Positions 50,491-58,656 of a stretch of 64,000 nt of DNA are shown piece by piece. Numbering within the stretch: position 1 is the stretch's first letter; each line of letters begins with the position of its first letter. The stretch lies in the IMG/VR virus record IMGVR_UViG_3300020174_000004, positions 35,674 through 99,673 of that record; one strand, 5' to 3'. Under the pieces are notes generated by a model. It worked only from the letters and a program-made list of their open reading frames with translations. It was not told where the DNA came from and ran no database searches. This DNA comes from a virus. The translations under genes were made by a program, and so were the position numbers.

Positions 50491-51639
50491 ATGAATAATA
50501 TTCGTGTAGCCATTGTTGGCGTTGGTAACTGTGCAAAATCTCTAGTTGAAGGTGTTGCACTATATAGTGCAACTTCACGTGTTGATGGGCTTGCATTTGA
50601 AAATATTGGAGGCTATAAGGCTGAAAATATTGAATTTGTTTTGGCATATGACATTGATACTCGCAAAGTTGGTAGAAAGCTTGCTGATGCTATTTTTGCA
50701 AAGCCAAATTGCGCAATGGATTTTGAAGTATCACGTCAAAATATTGAAAAAGTTTGTTCAAATACCATAGTGAAGCGTGGTGCTTTGTATGATGGTGTTG
50801 CACCACACATGCTTAATATGCCAGAAGATGAATCTTTTAGAGTAACAAAAGATCCTGAACCATCCAAGGAAGAAATTATTAAAAATCTTCGTGATAATAA
50901 GGTTGATGTTCTTCTTAATTACTTACCAGTTGGATCAGAAACTGCTACTCGTTTTTACATTGAAGCATGCATTGAAGCAAAGGTTCCTTTTGTCAATTGT
51001 ATTCCAGTATTCATTGTTTCAGACCCATATTGGGAAAAAAGACTAATTGAAGCAGGAATTCCTGCAATTGGCGATGATATGAGAAGCCAGCTTGGTGCTA
51101 GTGTTATGTCACAGGCATTGCAGGAACTATTCTTTAATCGTGGTATGAAAGTAAAGTTCCATGAACAAACAAATCATGGTGGTAATACTGATTTTCTTAA
51201 TATGATGGATCAGAGTCGACTTGCTAGCAAAAAGATTTCTAAGGAAAATGTAATTAGATCACAAAATGATATTCGTGGAATCCCGGTTCCAAAGAATGGC
51301 ATTTATGCTGGACCATCAAGCTATATTCCTTATCATCAGGATAATAAGATTGCACATTTTAGAATTGAAGCTGAAGGATTTGGTGGCGCGCCAGTAATTT
51401 TTGATGCCCGTTTATCAGTACAAGATTCACCCAATTCTGCTGGTGTTGTTATTGATGCTATTAGATATCTTCAGGTTGCTAAAGAACTAGGACTTGTTGG
51501 TTCTCTACGTGGACCTTCAGCAGCTACACAAAAGACTCCACCAACACAGATGATGATTCAAGATGCATATGAAGAATGCAAGGCTTTAGCAGAAAGGCGG
51601 ATTACCGAAACTGTAAGGAATCATAATATCCATGATTAA
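50491..51639 (+). CDS. ino1: myo-Inositol-1(3)-phosphate synthase
   Basis: GVGNCAKSLVEG NAD-binding; YLPVGS; GDDMRSQLGA; GGNTDFLNM; SKKISK; DSPNSAG; KTPP. Confidence 0.92.
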   Translation: MNNIRVAIVGVGNCAKSLVEGVALYSATSRVDGLAFENIGGYKAENIEFVLAYDIDTRKVGRKLADAIFAKPNCAMDFEVSRQNIEKVCSNTIVKRGALYDGVAPHMLNMPEDESFRVTKDPEPSKEEIIKNLRDNKVDVLLNYLPVGSETATRFYIEACIEAKVPFVNCIPVFIVSDPYWEKRLIEAGIPAIGDDMRSQLGASVMSQALQELFFNRGMKVKFHEQTNHGGNTDFLNMMDQSRLASKKISKENVIRSQNDIRGIPVPKNGIYAGPSSYIPYHQDNKIAHFRIEAEGFGGAPVIFDARLSVQDSPNSAGVVIDAIRYLQVAKELGLVGSLRGPSAATQKTPPTQMMIQDAYEECKALAERRITETVRNHNIHD

Positions 51640-52012
51640 TACCTTTGATATAGATGGTGTAATCTATATGGGTGATAAATACACTGGGGTCTTTCCTGGC
51701 CCCAGTGATATAATCATTACCGGTCGTTCTTTTGAAGAAAGACACTACACCGAAAAAATGCTTATGGCTAGAAATATTTCAAACCATGTGTATTATAATA
51801 ATAAAAGATTTGAAGATAAAACTAGAGAAAGTTCGGGTTTACATAAAGCTAATACTATTAGGAGTCTTTTAAATAGTGGATATGAAATTGGTATTCACTT
51901 TGAAGATGATGAAATTCAAGCACAGGTTATTAGTAATTTAATACCAGAAATTAATGTAGTTATATTAAAGCACAATCTTGTTGATAAAGAGAATGTTTGG
52001 CATGGAAAATAA
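51632..52012 (+). CDS. Small capless HAD-superfamily phosphatase
   Basis: FDIDGV, ITGR, HK, FEDD motifs; overlaps the MIPS stop. Confidence 0.8.
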   Translation: MINTFDIDGVIYMGDKYTGVFPGPSDIIITGRSFEERHYTEKMLMARNISNHVYYNNKRFEDKTRESSGLHKANTIRSLLNSGYEIGIHFEDDEIQAQVISNLIPEINVVILKHNLVDKENVWHGK

Positions 52013-53069
52013 TTATAATTATAATTGGTATAATTTTGATAAAGAATTAATGAAAGACTTTAATTGGTTTTTACACAAAATTAATAAAAGAGCTTGTATT
52101 AATTATGGATTTATTAAAGAAAAATATGAAGCGGTAAATCGCTTTGGACAAGAAGATTGGGGATTAGGCGAGGATGTAGAATATTTCCATCCAACTATTA
52201 CTCTTGATGATCGAATGCGTTATATTTGTCAAGTTATAGTAAAACATCCTATGAGTGAATTTAATGTTCTTGGTAATACCATTATTTCACATTTTTATGG
52301 TGCTCGTGGTGTACATCAAACTATAACAGGATCTTTAGATCCAAATAATTGTTTTGTTGATTTTGATGAAGTGGCAAATGACAATCAAGATTATATTAAA
52401 TGGTTACGAAGCACTGTAGAAAAAGAAACAAAAATTAATAAAAAGCCAGTATGGGGAACTACTGAATTGCATACGCCAATTCAGGCTGCTGCTAGAAATT
52501 ATTGTAGAGAAAAATATGATAATAAAGATAGACCATTTCATACAATTGATGTTATTGAATGGGTTGCATCGTTCAAAGATAATGGAATAGCAAAAGCATT
52601 ACTACATGAAGTTGATCATCTTAAAGATGCATTTAAAGCCTTAACAAAACACAAAGGTATTGGCGAATATTATGGATTTCATTGTTCAACATCAACTAGT
52701 GTTATTCCACAAGCTAAATATCATCATGACCAAAGATTTGTAGCACCAGGACCAGGAGCCAGATATACAATTAATAAAATATGGCCAGAAGCACCAAAAT
52801 CTTTATATGCTGAAGCAGTTTATTTTTTACGTGAAAATGCTGATGAAATTGGATTAACTGAAAATGTTGAATTTCATCCAGATGCATGGAATATTGATAA
52901 TACCTTTACATTTCCACAAGATAGTTTAAAATATTATGGTACAGAAGTTCTTTCATGCCAGTTTGGTATATATCTACAAATACGTAATAATAAAAATGCG
53001 TGTAATAAAAGAAAAGTTTCTAGAATAGATTCTGATACAAATAATACACTTGAAGGATTTTTATCATGA
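52002..53069 (+). CDS. aGPT-Pplase1 / amino acid:DNA transferase-like helical protein
   Basis: HhH-like KGIGEYYGFH; D.RFVAPGPGAR; EVLSCQF..Y; clamp-type tail TLEGFLS. Confidence 0.65.
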   Translation: MENNYNYNWYNFDKELMKDFNWFLHKINKRACINYGFIKEKYEAVNRFGQEDWGLGEDVEYFHPTITLDDRMRYICQVIVKHPMSEFNVLGNTIISHFYGARGVHQTITGSLDPNNCFVDFDEVANDNQDYIKWLRSTVEKETKINKKPVWGTTELHTPIQAAARNYCREKYDNKDRPFHTIDVIEWVASFKDNGIAKALLHEVDHLKDAFKALTKHKGIGEYYGFHCSTSTSVIPQAKYHHDQRFVAPGPGARYTINKIWPEAPKSLYAEAVYFLRENADEIGLTENVEFHPDAWNIDNTFTFPQDSLKYYGTEVLSCQFGIYLQIRNNKNACNKRKVSRIDSDTNNTLEGFLS

Positions 53070-54166
53070 AATGTGTAATTGCAGCTCCATTTATTCCTAT
53101 ATCGTCCCAATTGGCAAGTCATAGAGCCGCGCAAGGAATAATTTATGCTGATATTCTAAAACAATATCATTGTGATAATATACATGTTTCTCTTTCAAGG
53201 CCTTCAATACAGGGTGATTCAGCTAAAGAAGAAAATAAAAAAGAGGATTTTAATAAGTATGATAGACTTTACATATATCATGGAAATGATAGAAAAGCGG
53301 ATTGTACTGATTTAAATTTTTTTGGTGGAACAAAAAACTTTCCTCACGCTTATAATATAAGAAATATATCTAAATTTAAAGGTGAAGTTTATTCTCTTCA
53401 TTATGATATGCCTGATTATGCTCAAATGTTAAAAAATAAACTTGATGGTCATCTTCTTCGTGAAGGAAATTTAGATAGTGTTGTAAAAGAATTTCTTGAA
53501 GTTGATATTGAAAATCTTAAAAAGATGCAAGAACGAGCAATTACATTAGAACCAATTGGTCCATGGGATAAACTTGTAATGGGTGATAGTCATGCAATAT
53601 GCATGTATCGTCCAGGATGGAATGTTAACTCCGTACCATTTAAAACTTTACATGGTGCCTTAAAACAAGGACTAAATTCATTTATAAACATGTCAAATGT
53701 AAAGCATGTTGAATATTATTTTGGTAATATTGATATTAGACATCATATATGTAGATTTGAAGATATTAAGTCTACAATTAATATTCTTGTAGAAAAATAT
53801 ATTAATCAGGTTAATGAACTTAATATGGAAACTAAAGCCATTTATGAACTTCTTCCAATAGAAAATGAAAGTAGAAGTATTCCTAAAAGTGGATGGTATG
53901 AAAAAACTCCATTCTATGGCTCTTGGTCACAAAGAAATGATGCAAGATTATATTTTAAAGAAAAACTTATAAATATGTCCCAAGGAACTGGTATAACTAT
54001 AAAAGAATGGATAACTCCAGAATTTTATAATTCAATTGGTGAAATGGATTTTAAAGTGATGGAAAAACCCAAGTCTGTTCATCTTTCTAGGGAATATTAC
54101 CCTTATTGGCAAGGTCTTGAATATAATAAAATTGAAAAAATAAGTTTGGAAAGCTTTTTCTCATGA
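53066..54166 (+). CDS. SGNH/GDSL-like hydrolase or acyltransferase-fold protein
   Basis: VMGDSHA; FGNIDIRHH; SVHLS; clamp-type tail SLESFFS. Confidence 0.55.
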   Translation: MKCVIAAPFIPISSQLASHRAAQGIIYADILKQYHCDNIHVSLSRPSIQGDSAKEENKKEDFNKYDRLYIYHGNDRKADCTDLNFFGGTKNFPHAYNIRNISKFKGEVYSLHYDMPDYAQMLKNKLDGHLLREGNLDSVVKEFLEVDIENLKKMQERAITLEPIGPWDKLVMGDSHAICMYRPGWNVNSVPFKTLHGALKQGLNSFINMSNVKHVEYYFGNIDIRHHICRFEDIKSTINILVEKYINQVNELNMETKAIYELLPIENESRSIPKSGWYEKTPFYGSWSQRNDARLYFKEKLINMSQGTGITIKEWITPEFYNSIGEMDFKVMEKPKSVHLSREYYPYWQGLEYNKIEKISLESFFS

Positions 54167-55380
54167 AACATTCTACTATTATACCACTTATTGGCGGTGA
54201 AATTATTGCATCAAGCGATGTTTTTGGTGACAAGCCAGAATATATTTTATCATATGATGTTTTTAAACATAATGAATCACATCTTTTAAATTATTGGAAT
54301 AATGAAATTCCATATTATGTATTAGATAAAGGTGATTCTGCGCCAAAAACAAAAATAGATGTGGTTTCAAGTGTTTGCCCTTGTGCAGGACTTAGTCAAT
54401 ATCATCATAAACCAGGTGAAGATAATCAAAATAATCAATGGATGGAAAAAACCGCAAATTATATTCTTGGTGAGGTTAAACCTAAGGTATTTTGGGGTGA
54501 AAATGCGCCAGCACTGGTTGGTAAGATTGGCGAATTCATGCTTAAAAAGCTTAGAAATATTGGTCTTCAAAATGGCTATAGTATGAGTGTATATCTTACT
54601 AAAAACATTAATCATGGTGTTCCACAATTTCGTAAAAGAACATTTTATTTTTTCTGGGATAAAAAGGAATTTGGTGAACGTTGCCCTCTTATCAATTATT
54701 TTGCCAGACCACATAAAAAAATTGAAAATGTAATAATTGATAATGAAAGCAATTTTCAAATGGAGCCAATTAATAATAAAATTCCGTCAAAAGATGATCC
54801 ATATTATCGTTATCTACTTGAAGAAGTTCATGGTGGTGTTACTCATCGTGAATTTTTTGATATATTAGAAACAAAAAATGTTAGAGGAAATGATGTAGAA
54901 TCATTAATTGAAATTGCTGGCCATGATTATAATATGGTTGGAAACTGGATGGAAAAAAATAATTATACTAGAGAAATTGAAAAGTGTAAAAGAAAATTTA
55001 TAAAATTAAAAAATAATGGTAATATAATGAGAAGAGGAACAATTGTTCCTAAAGATTATATTGGCGCCTTTGTTGGCCATTATCCAACTGTTTTAACTCA
55101 TCCATATGAAGATAGATATGTAACATATCGTGAAGCGATGAATATTATGGGGCTTCCACGTGATTTTGAACTTTTAAATCCACAAAAATCAATAAATCAT
55201 ATTTGTCAAAATGTACATTATGATACATCAAAAGATATGGCAATGGAAATAAAATCAGTTTTTGCTGGTGATCGTAAATTTGTTGAAACTGACTTTATGT
55301 TCCAATCCAATTTAAATAAGACTCATGAAGATTGGTCCAATCATGGTAAGGATACAACATTAGAATCATTTTTTGCATAG
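54163..55380 (+). CDS. DNA cytosine-C5 methyltransferase-fold protein with degenerate SAM-binding motifs
   Basis: CPCAGLS (IV), GENAP (VI), GVPQFRKR (VIII), TYREA..MGLP.DF (IX); motif I reads IPLIGG, motif X reads CQNV; tail TLESFFA. Confidence 0.85.
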   Translation: MKHSTIIPLIGGEIIASSDVFGDKPEYILSYDVFKHNESHLLNYWNNEIPYYVLDKGDSAPKTKIDVVSSVCPCAGLSQYHHKPGEDNQNNQWMEKTANYILGEVKPKVFWGENAPALVGKIGEFMLKKLRNIGLQNGYSMSVYLTKNINHGVPQFRKRTFYFFWDKKEFGERCPLINYFARPHKKIENVIIDNESNFQMEPINNKIPSKDDPYYRYLLEEVHGGVTHREFFDILETKNVRGNDVESLIEIAGHDYNMVGNWMEKNNYTREIEKCKRKFIKLKNNGNIMRRGTIVPKDYIGAFVGHYPTVLTHPYEDRYVTYREAMNIMGLPRDFELLNPQKSINHICQNVHYDTSKDMAMEIKSVFAGDRKFVETDFMFQSNLNKTHEDWSNHGKDTTLESFFA

Positions 55381-55393
55381 TGAAAAAATATTT

Positions 55394-55422
55394 TTACAAT
55401 GGTAATAAAATATGATATAATA
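55394..55422 (+). promoter_or_regulatory. Sigma70-type promoter
   Basis: TTTACA-17 nt-TATAAT. Confidence 0.65.
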
Positions 55423-55460
55423 AAGATATATAATATAGGAAACTTTGTTATGAGGAAAAT

Positions 55461-55817
55461 ATGAGTGAAGATATTAAAGTAAATGCACACTATTCTGATG
55501 TGCAATGGAACTATGGAAAAAATGATGTTCCATACAAATACTGCGAAGATAATATAATTTCCGATTTTAAGAATTATATTGATTCAACTTATTCAGAACA
55601 CTACAAGACAGAACAAGAAAGTATTGAATGCTTTGATGCATGGATTGCTCTTGGTGATTCTACTCCTACCTTTAGAAATACAGCTTTAAAATATCTTTGG
55701 CGATATGGCAAAAAGAATGGCTCAAATAAAGCCGATTTAATGAAAGCTCTTCATTACGTAATGATGTGCTTATATGTTGATCACTATAAGGAAAAAAATA
55801 ATGGAACTGACATTTAA
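55461..55817 (+). CDS. DUF3310/SaV-like nucleotide-metabolism-associated protein
   Basis: TYSEHY; IECFD; NTALKYLWRYGKK; DLMKALHY. Confidence 0.7.
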   Translation: MSEDIKVNAHYSDVQWNYGKNDVPYKYCEDNIISDFKNYIDSTYSEHYKTEQESIECFDAWIALGDSTPTFRNTALKYLWRYGKKNGSNKADLMKALHYVMMCLYVDHYKEKNNGTDI

Positions 55818-56646
55818 TCTAAATGAATTAAGAAAGAATAAACTTTTTATTGCTACACCAATGTATGGTGGTCAATGTGCTGGTATGTTTGCTAGATCTA
55901 TTGCTGATTTATCTGCTCTATGTGCAAGCAATGGAATTCAAATTCAATTTTATTTTCTATTCAATGAGTCTCTAATTACTCGGGCAAGAAATTATTGTTG
56001 TGATGAATTTATGCGTTCTGATGCAACACATATGATGTTTATTGATTCTGACATTGGTTTTAATCCCAGAGATGTTATTGCACTTATGGGCCTTCAAACA
56101 GAAGATAGTGAATATGATGTTATTGGTGGTCCATATCCAAAGAAATGCATTTCATGGGAAAAGATTAAGCAGGCTGTTGATAAAGGTATTGCTGATGAAA
56201 ATCCTCAACTTCTTGAAAAGTATGTTGGCGATTATGTCTTTAATCCAAAGAATAATCAAGGTCAGATCCCACTAGGTGAACCAGTTGAAGTTCTTGAAAT
56301 TGGTACTGGTTTTATGATGATTAGGAAGAAGACTCTTCAAAAGTTTATTGAAGCATATCCTCAGTATTCATATAAGCCTGATCATGTAAGGACAGAAGCT
56401 TTTGATGGTTCTAGAGAAATCATGATGTATTTCCAGGCCGAAACAGATCCTAAGTCTAAGAGATATTTATCAGAAGATTATTGGTTCTGTCAAAAGATCC
56501 AAGAAATTGGAATGAAAACTTGGTTCTGTCCATGGATGTCAATGCAACATGTTGGTACATATATCTTTGGTGGTTCTTTGGCTGATCTTGCACAAATCGG
56601 TGCAGCAGCAACCGCTGATGTTGGTAAGTTAAATAAAAAGAAGTGA
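55801..56646 (+). CDS. GT-A fold (GT2-like) glycosyltransferase, same family as 16517
   Basis: IATPMYGG; ESLITRARN; FIDSDI; YPKK; GTGFMMI; LSEDYWFC; HVG. Confidence 0.75.
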   Translation: MELTFNLNELRKNKLFIATPMYGGQCAGMFARSIADLSALCASNGIQIQFYFLFNESLITRARNYCCDEFMRSDATHMMFIDSDIGFNPRDVIALMGLQTEDSEYDVIGGPYPKKCISWEKIKQAVDKGIADENPQLLEKYVGDYVFNPKNNQGQIPLGEPVEVLEIGTGFMMIRKKTLQKFIEAYPQYSYKPDHVRTEAFDGSREIMMYFQAETDPKSKRYLSEDYWFCQKIQEIGMKTWFCPWMSMQHVGTYIFGGSLADLAQIGAAATADVGKLNKKK

Positions 56647-56660
56647 AAGGAAACTATATA

Positions 56661-57326
56661 ATGCAAAAGTTGAAGCTATCTACACGTACAATTCAGATCT
56701 TAAAGAATTTTTCATCAATTAATCCTTCAGTTTATTTTAAACAAGGAAATAAGATTACTACTATTTCGCCTTCAAAGACTATTTTGGCCAAGGCTGAAGT
56801 AGTTGAAAATTTTGAAAGTGATTTTGCAATCTATAATCTATCAAGGTTTCTTGGTGTATTAACTCTTTTTAATGATCCAGAACTTGAAATTAATGAAAAG
56901 TATGTTACCATTATGGATAATAAGAAGAAGCTAAACTATATGTTTGCTGATCCTTCTAATATTATTACACCTCCTGAAAAAGAAATTGAGATGCCAAACC
57001 CAGAAATCTCTGTTTCATTGCCAAATGATGATCTTCAGACTATTATGAAGGCATTGTCAGTGCTTCAGTTGCCTGAAATTGCATTTGTAGGCCAGGAAGG
57101 TAAAACAACTATTCAGGCTGTTGACTCCAAAGGTTTGGTTGGTGATAATTGTTCAGTTGAACTTGGAAATTCTGAAATTGATTTCAAGATGATCTTTAAG
57201 GCTGAAAATATTAAGATTATTCCTGATGATTATGAAGTTCAGATTTCATCAAAGAAAATTTCAAAGTTTACTGGTTCTGATATAAATTACTACATTGCTG
57301 TAGAATCTAACTCCTCTATGAATTGA
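56661..57326 (+). CDS. gp45: Sliding clamp gp45
   Basis: ILKNFSSIN; FAIYNLSRFL; ENIKIIP.DY.V; YYIAVE. Confidence 0.92.
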   Translation: MQKLKLSTRTIQILKNFSSINPSVYFKQGNKITTISPSKTILAKAEVVENFESDFAIYNLSRFLGVLTLFNDPELEINEKYVTIMDNKKKLNYMFADPSNIITPPEKEIEMPNPEISVSLPNDDLQTIMKALSVLQLPEIAFVGQEGKTTIQAVDSKGLVGDNCSVELGNSEIDFKMIFKAENIKIIPDDYEVQISSKKISKFTGSDINYYIAVESNSSMN

Positions 57327-57340
57327 TTGGAAAATATAGT

Positions 57341-58279
57341 ATGAATGAAGAATTTTTGTGGGTTGAAAAATATCGACCAAAAACAGTATGTGAAACAATT
57401 CTTCCAAGTGATTTAAAAGAAACATTTAAAAAATTTGTAGAACAAAAAAATATTCCCAATCTTCTTCTTTCAGGCACTGCTGGTGTGGGCAAAACAACAA
57501 TTGCCCGCGCCATGCTTGAAGAATTGGATTGCGATTATGTTATCATCAATGGTTCATTGCATGGTAATATTGATACACTTAGGAATGATATTCATAACTT
57601 TGCATCCGCCGTTTCATTTAAAGGTGGAAGAAAGTATGTTATCCTAGATGAAGCAGATCATTTAAATGCAAATTCAACTCAACCAGCCTTAAGAAACTTT
57701 ATGGAAGAGTTTTCAAATAATTGCGGGTTTATACTAACATGTAATTATAAGAATAAGATCATTGCACCTCTTCATTCAAGGTGTTCTGTTATTGATTTTA
57801 GAATTCAAAAATCTGATATGCCTAAAATGGCTGCTCAATTTATGAAAAGAGTCAATACAATACTGGATGATGAAAAAGTTGAATATGATCCAAAGGCTAT
57901 TGCTGAAGTTATAACCAAGTATTTTCCTGATTGGAGAAGAGTGTTAAATGAACTTCAACGCTATTCAGCCACTGGAAAGATTGATACTGGAATATTAACT
58001 AATCTCCAAGATATATCTATCAAGGAATTGGTTCAATATATGAAAAACAAGAATTTTACAAATGTAAGAAAATGGGTTGCTGAAAATTCAACTGTGGATC
58101 AAACTTCTATTTTTAGAAACTTTTATGATTCTGCATCAGAAATGTTTGTACCAGGATCTATTCCGGATCTTGTAGTTACTCTTGGTAGATATCAGTATCA
58201 AGCAGCTTTTGTTGCTGATCATGAAATTAATCTATCAGCTTGCATGGCTGAAATCATGAGAGACTGTGAATTTCAATGA
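57341..58279 (+). CDS. gp44: Clamp loader subunit gp44
   Basis: WVEKYRP; GTAGVGKT; DEAD; SRC; FPDWRR. Confidence 0.95.
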   Translation: MNEEFLWVEKYRPKTVCETILPSDLKETFKKFVEQKNIPNLLLSGTAGVGKTTIARAMLEELDCDYVIINGSLHGNIDTLRNDIHNFASAVSFKGGRKYVILDEADHLNANSTQPALRNFMEEFSNNCGFILTCNYKNKIIAPLHSRCSVIDFRIQKSDMPKMAAQFMKRVNTILDDEKVEYDPKAIAEVITKYFPDWRRVLNELQRYSATGKIDTGILTNLQDISIKELVQYMKNKNFTNVRKWVAENSTVDQTSIFRNFYDSASEMFVPGSIPDLVVTLGRYQYQAAFVADHEINLSACMAEIMRDCEFQ

Positions 58280-58656
58280 CATATAAACCATTTGATTATG
58301 TAAATTCTATTAATAACACCAAGAAAAATTTAATAGAAGATGAAACAAGCGAGAAGGGGTATAACCCCTTCTTGACTAATCGTGCTTTGTCATATCATGT
58401 TGATTCATTGCTATATGCAAATGATATGAATATGTTATCAATTCTTGATAATAAGTTGCAATATGACTATTATCTTCATGGGTTAAAAAAGAGTAAGAGA
58501 TATTCCAAGTGGCATAAATTTGAACCATCTGAGAAATATGAAATTATTAAAGAATATTATAAATATAATGATAAGAAAACAAAAGAAGTAATGAATCTTC
58601 TTAATGATTCACAAATAATGATTCTTAAGAATAAAATGTTTAAAGGTGACCAATGA
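58276..58656 (+). CDS. gp62: Clamp loader subunit gp62
   Basis: PFDYVNSIN; YNPFLTNRALS; QYDYY; RYSKW. Confidence 0.9.
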   Translation: MTYKPFDYVNSINNTKKNLIEDETSEKGYNPFLTNRALSYHVDSLLYANDMNMLSILDNKLQYDYYLHGLKKSKRYSKWHKFEPSEKYEIIKEYYKYNDKKTKEVMNLLNDSQIMILKNKMFKGDQ

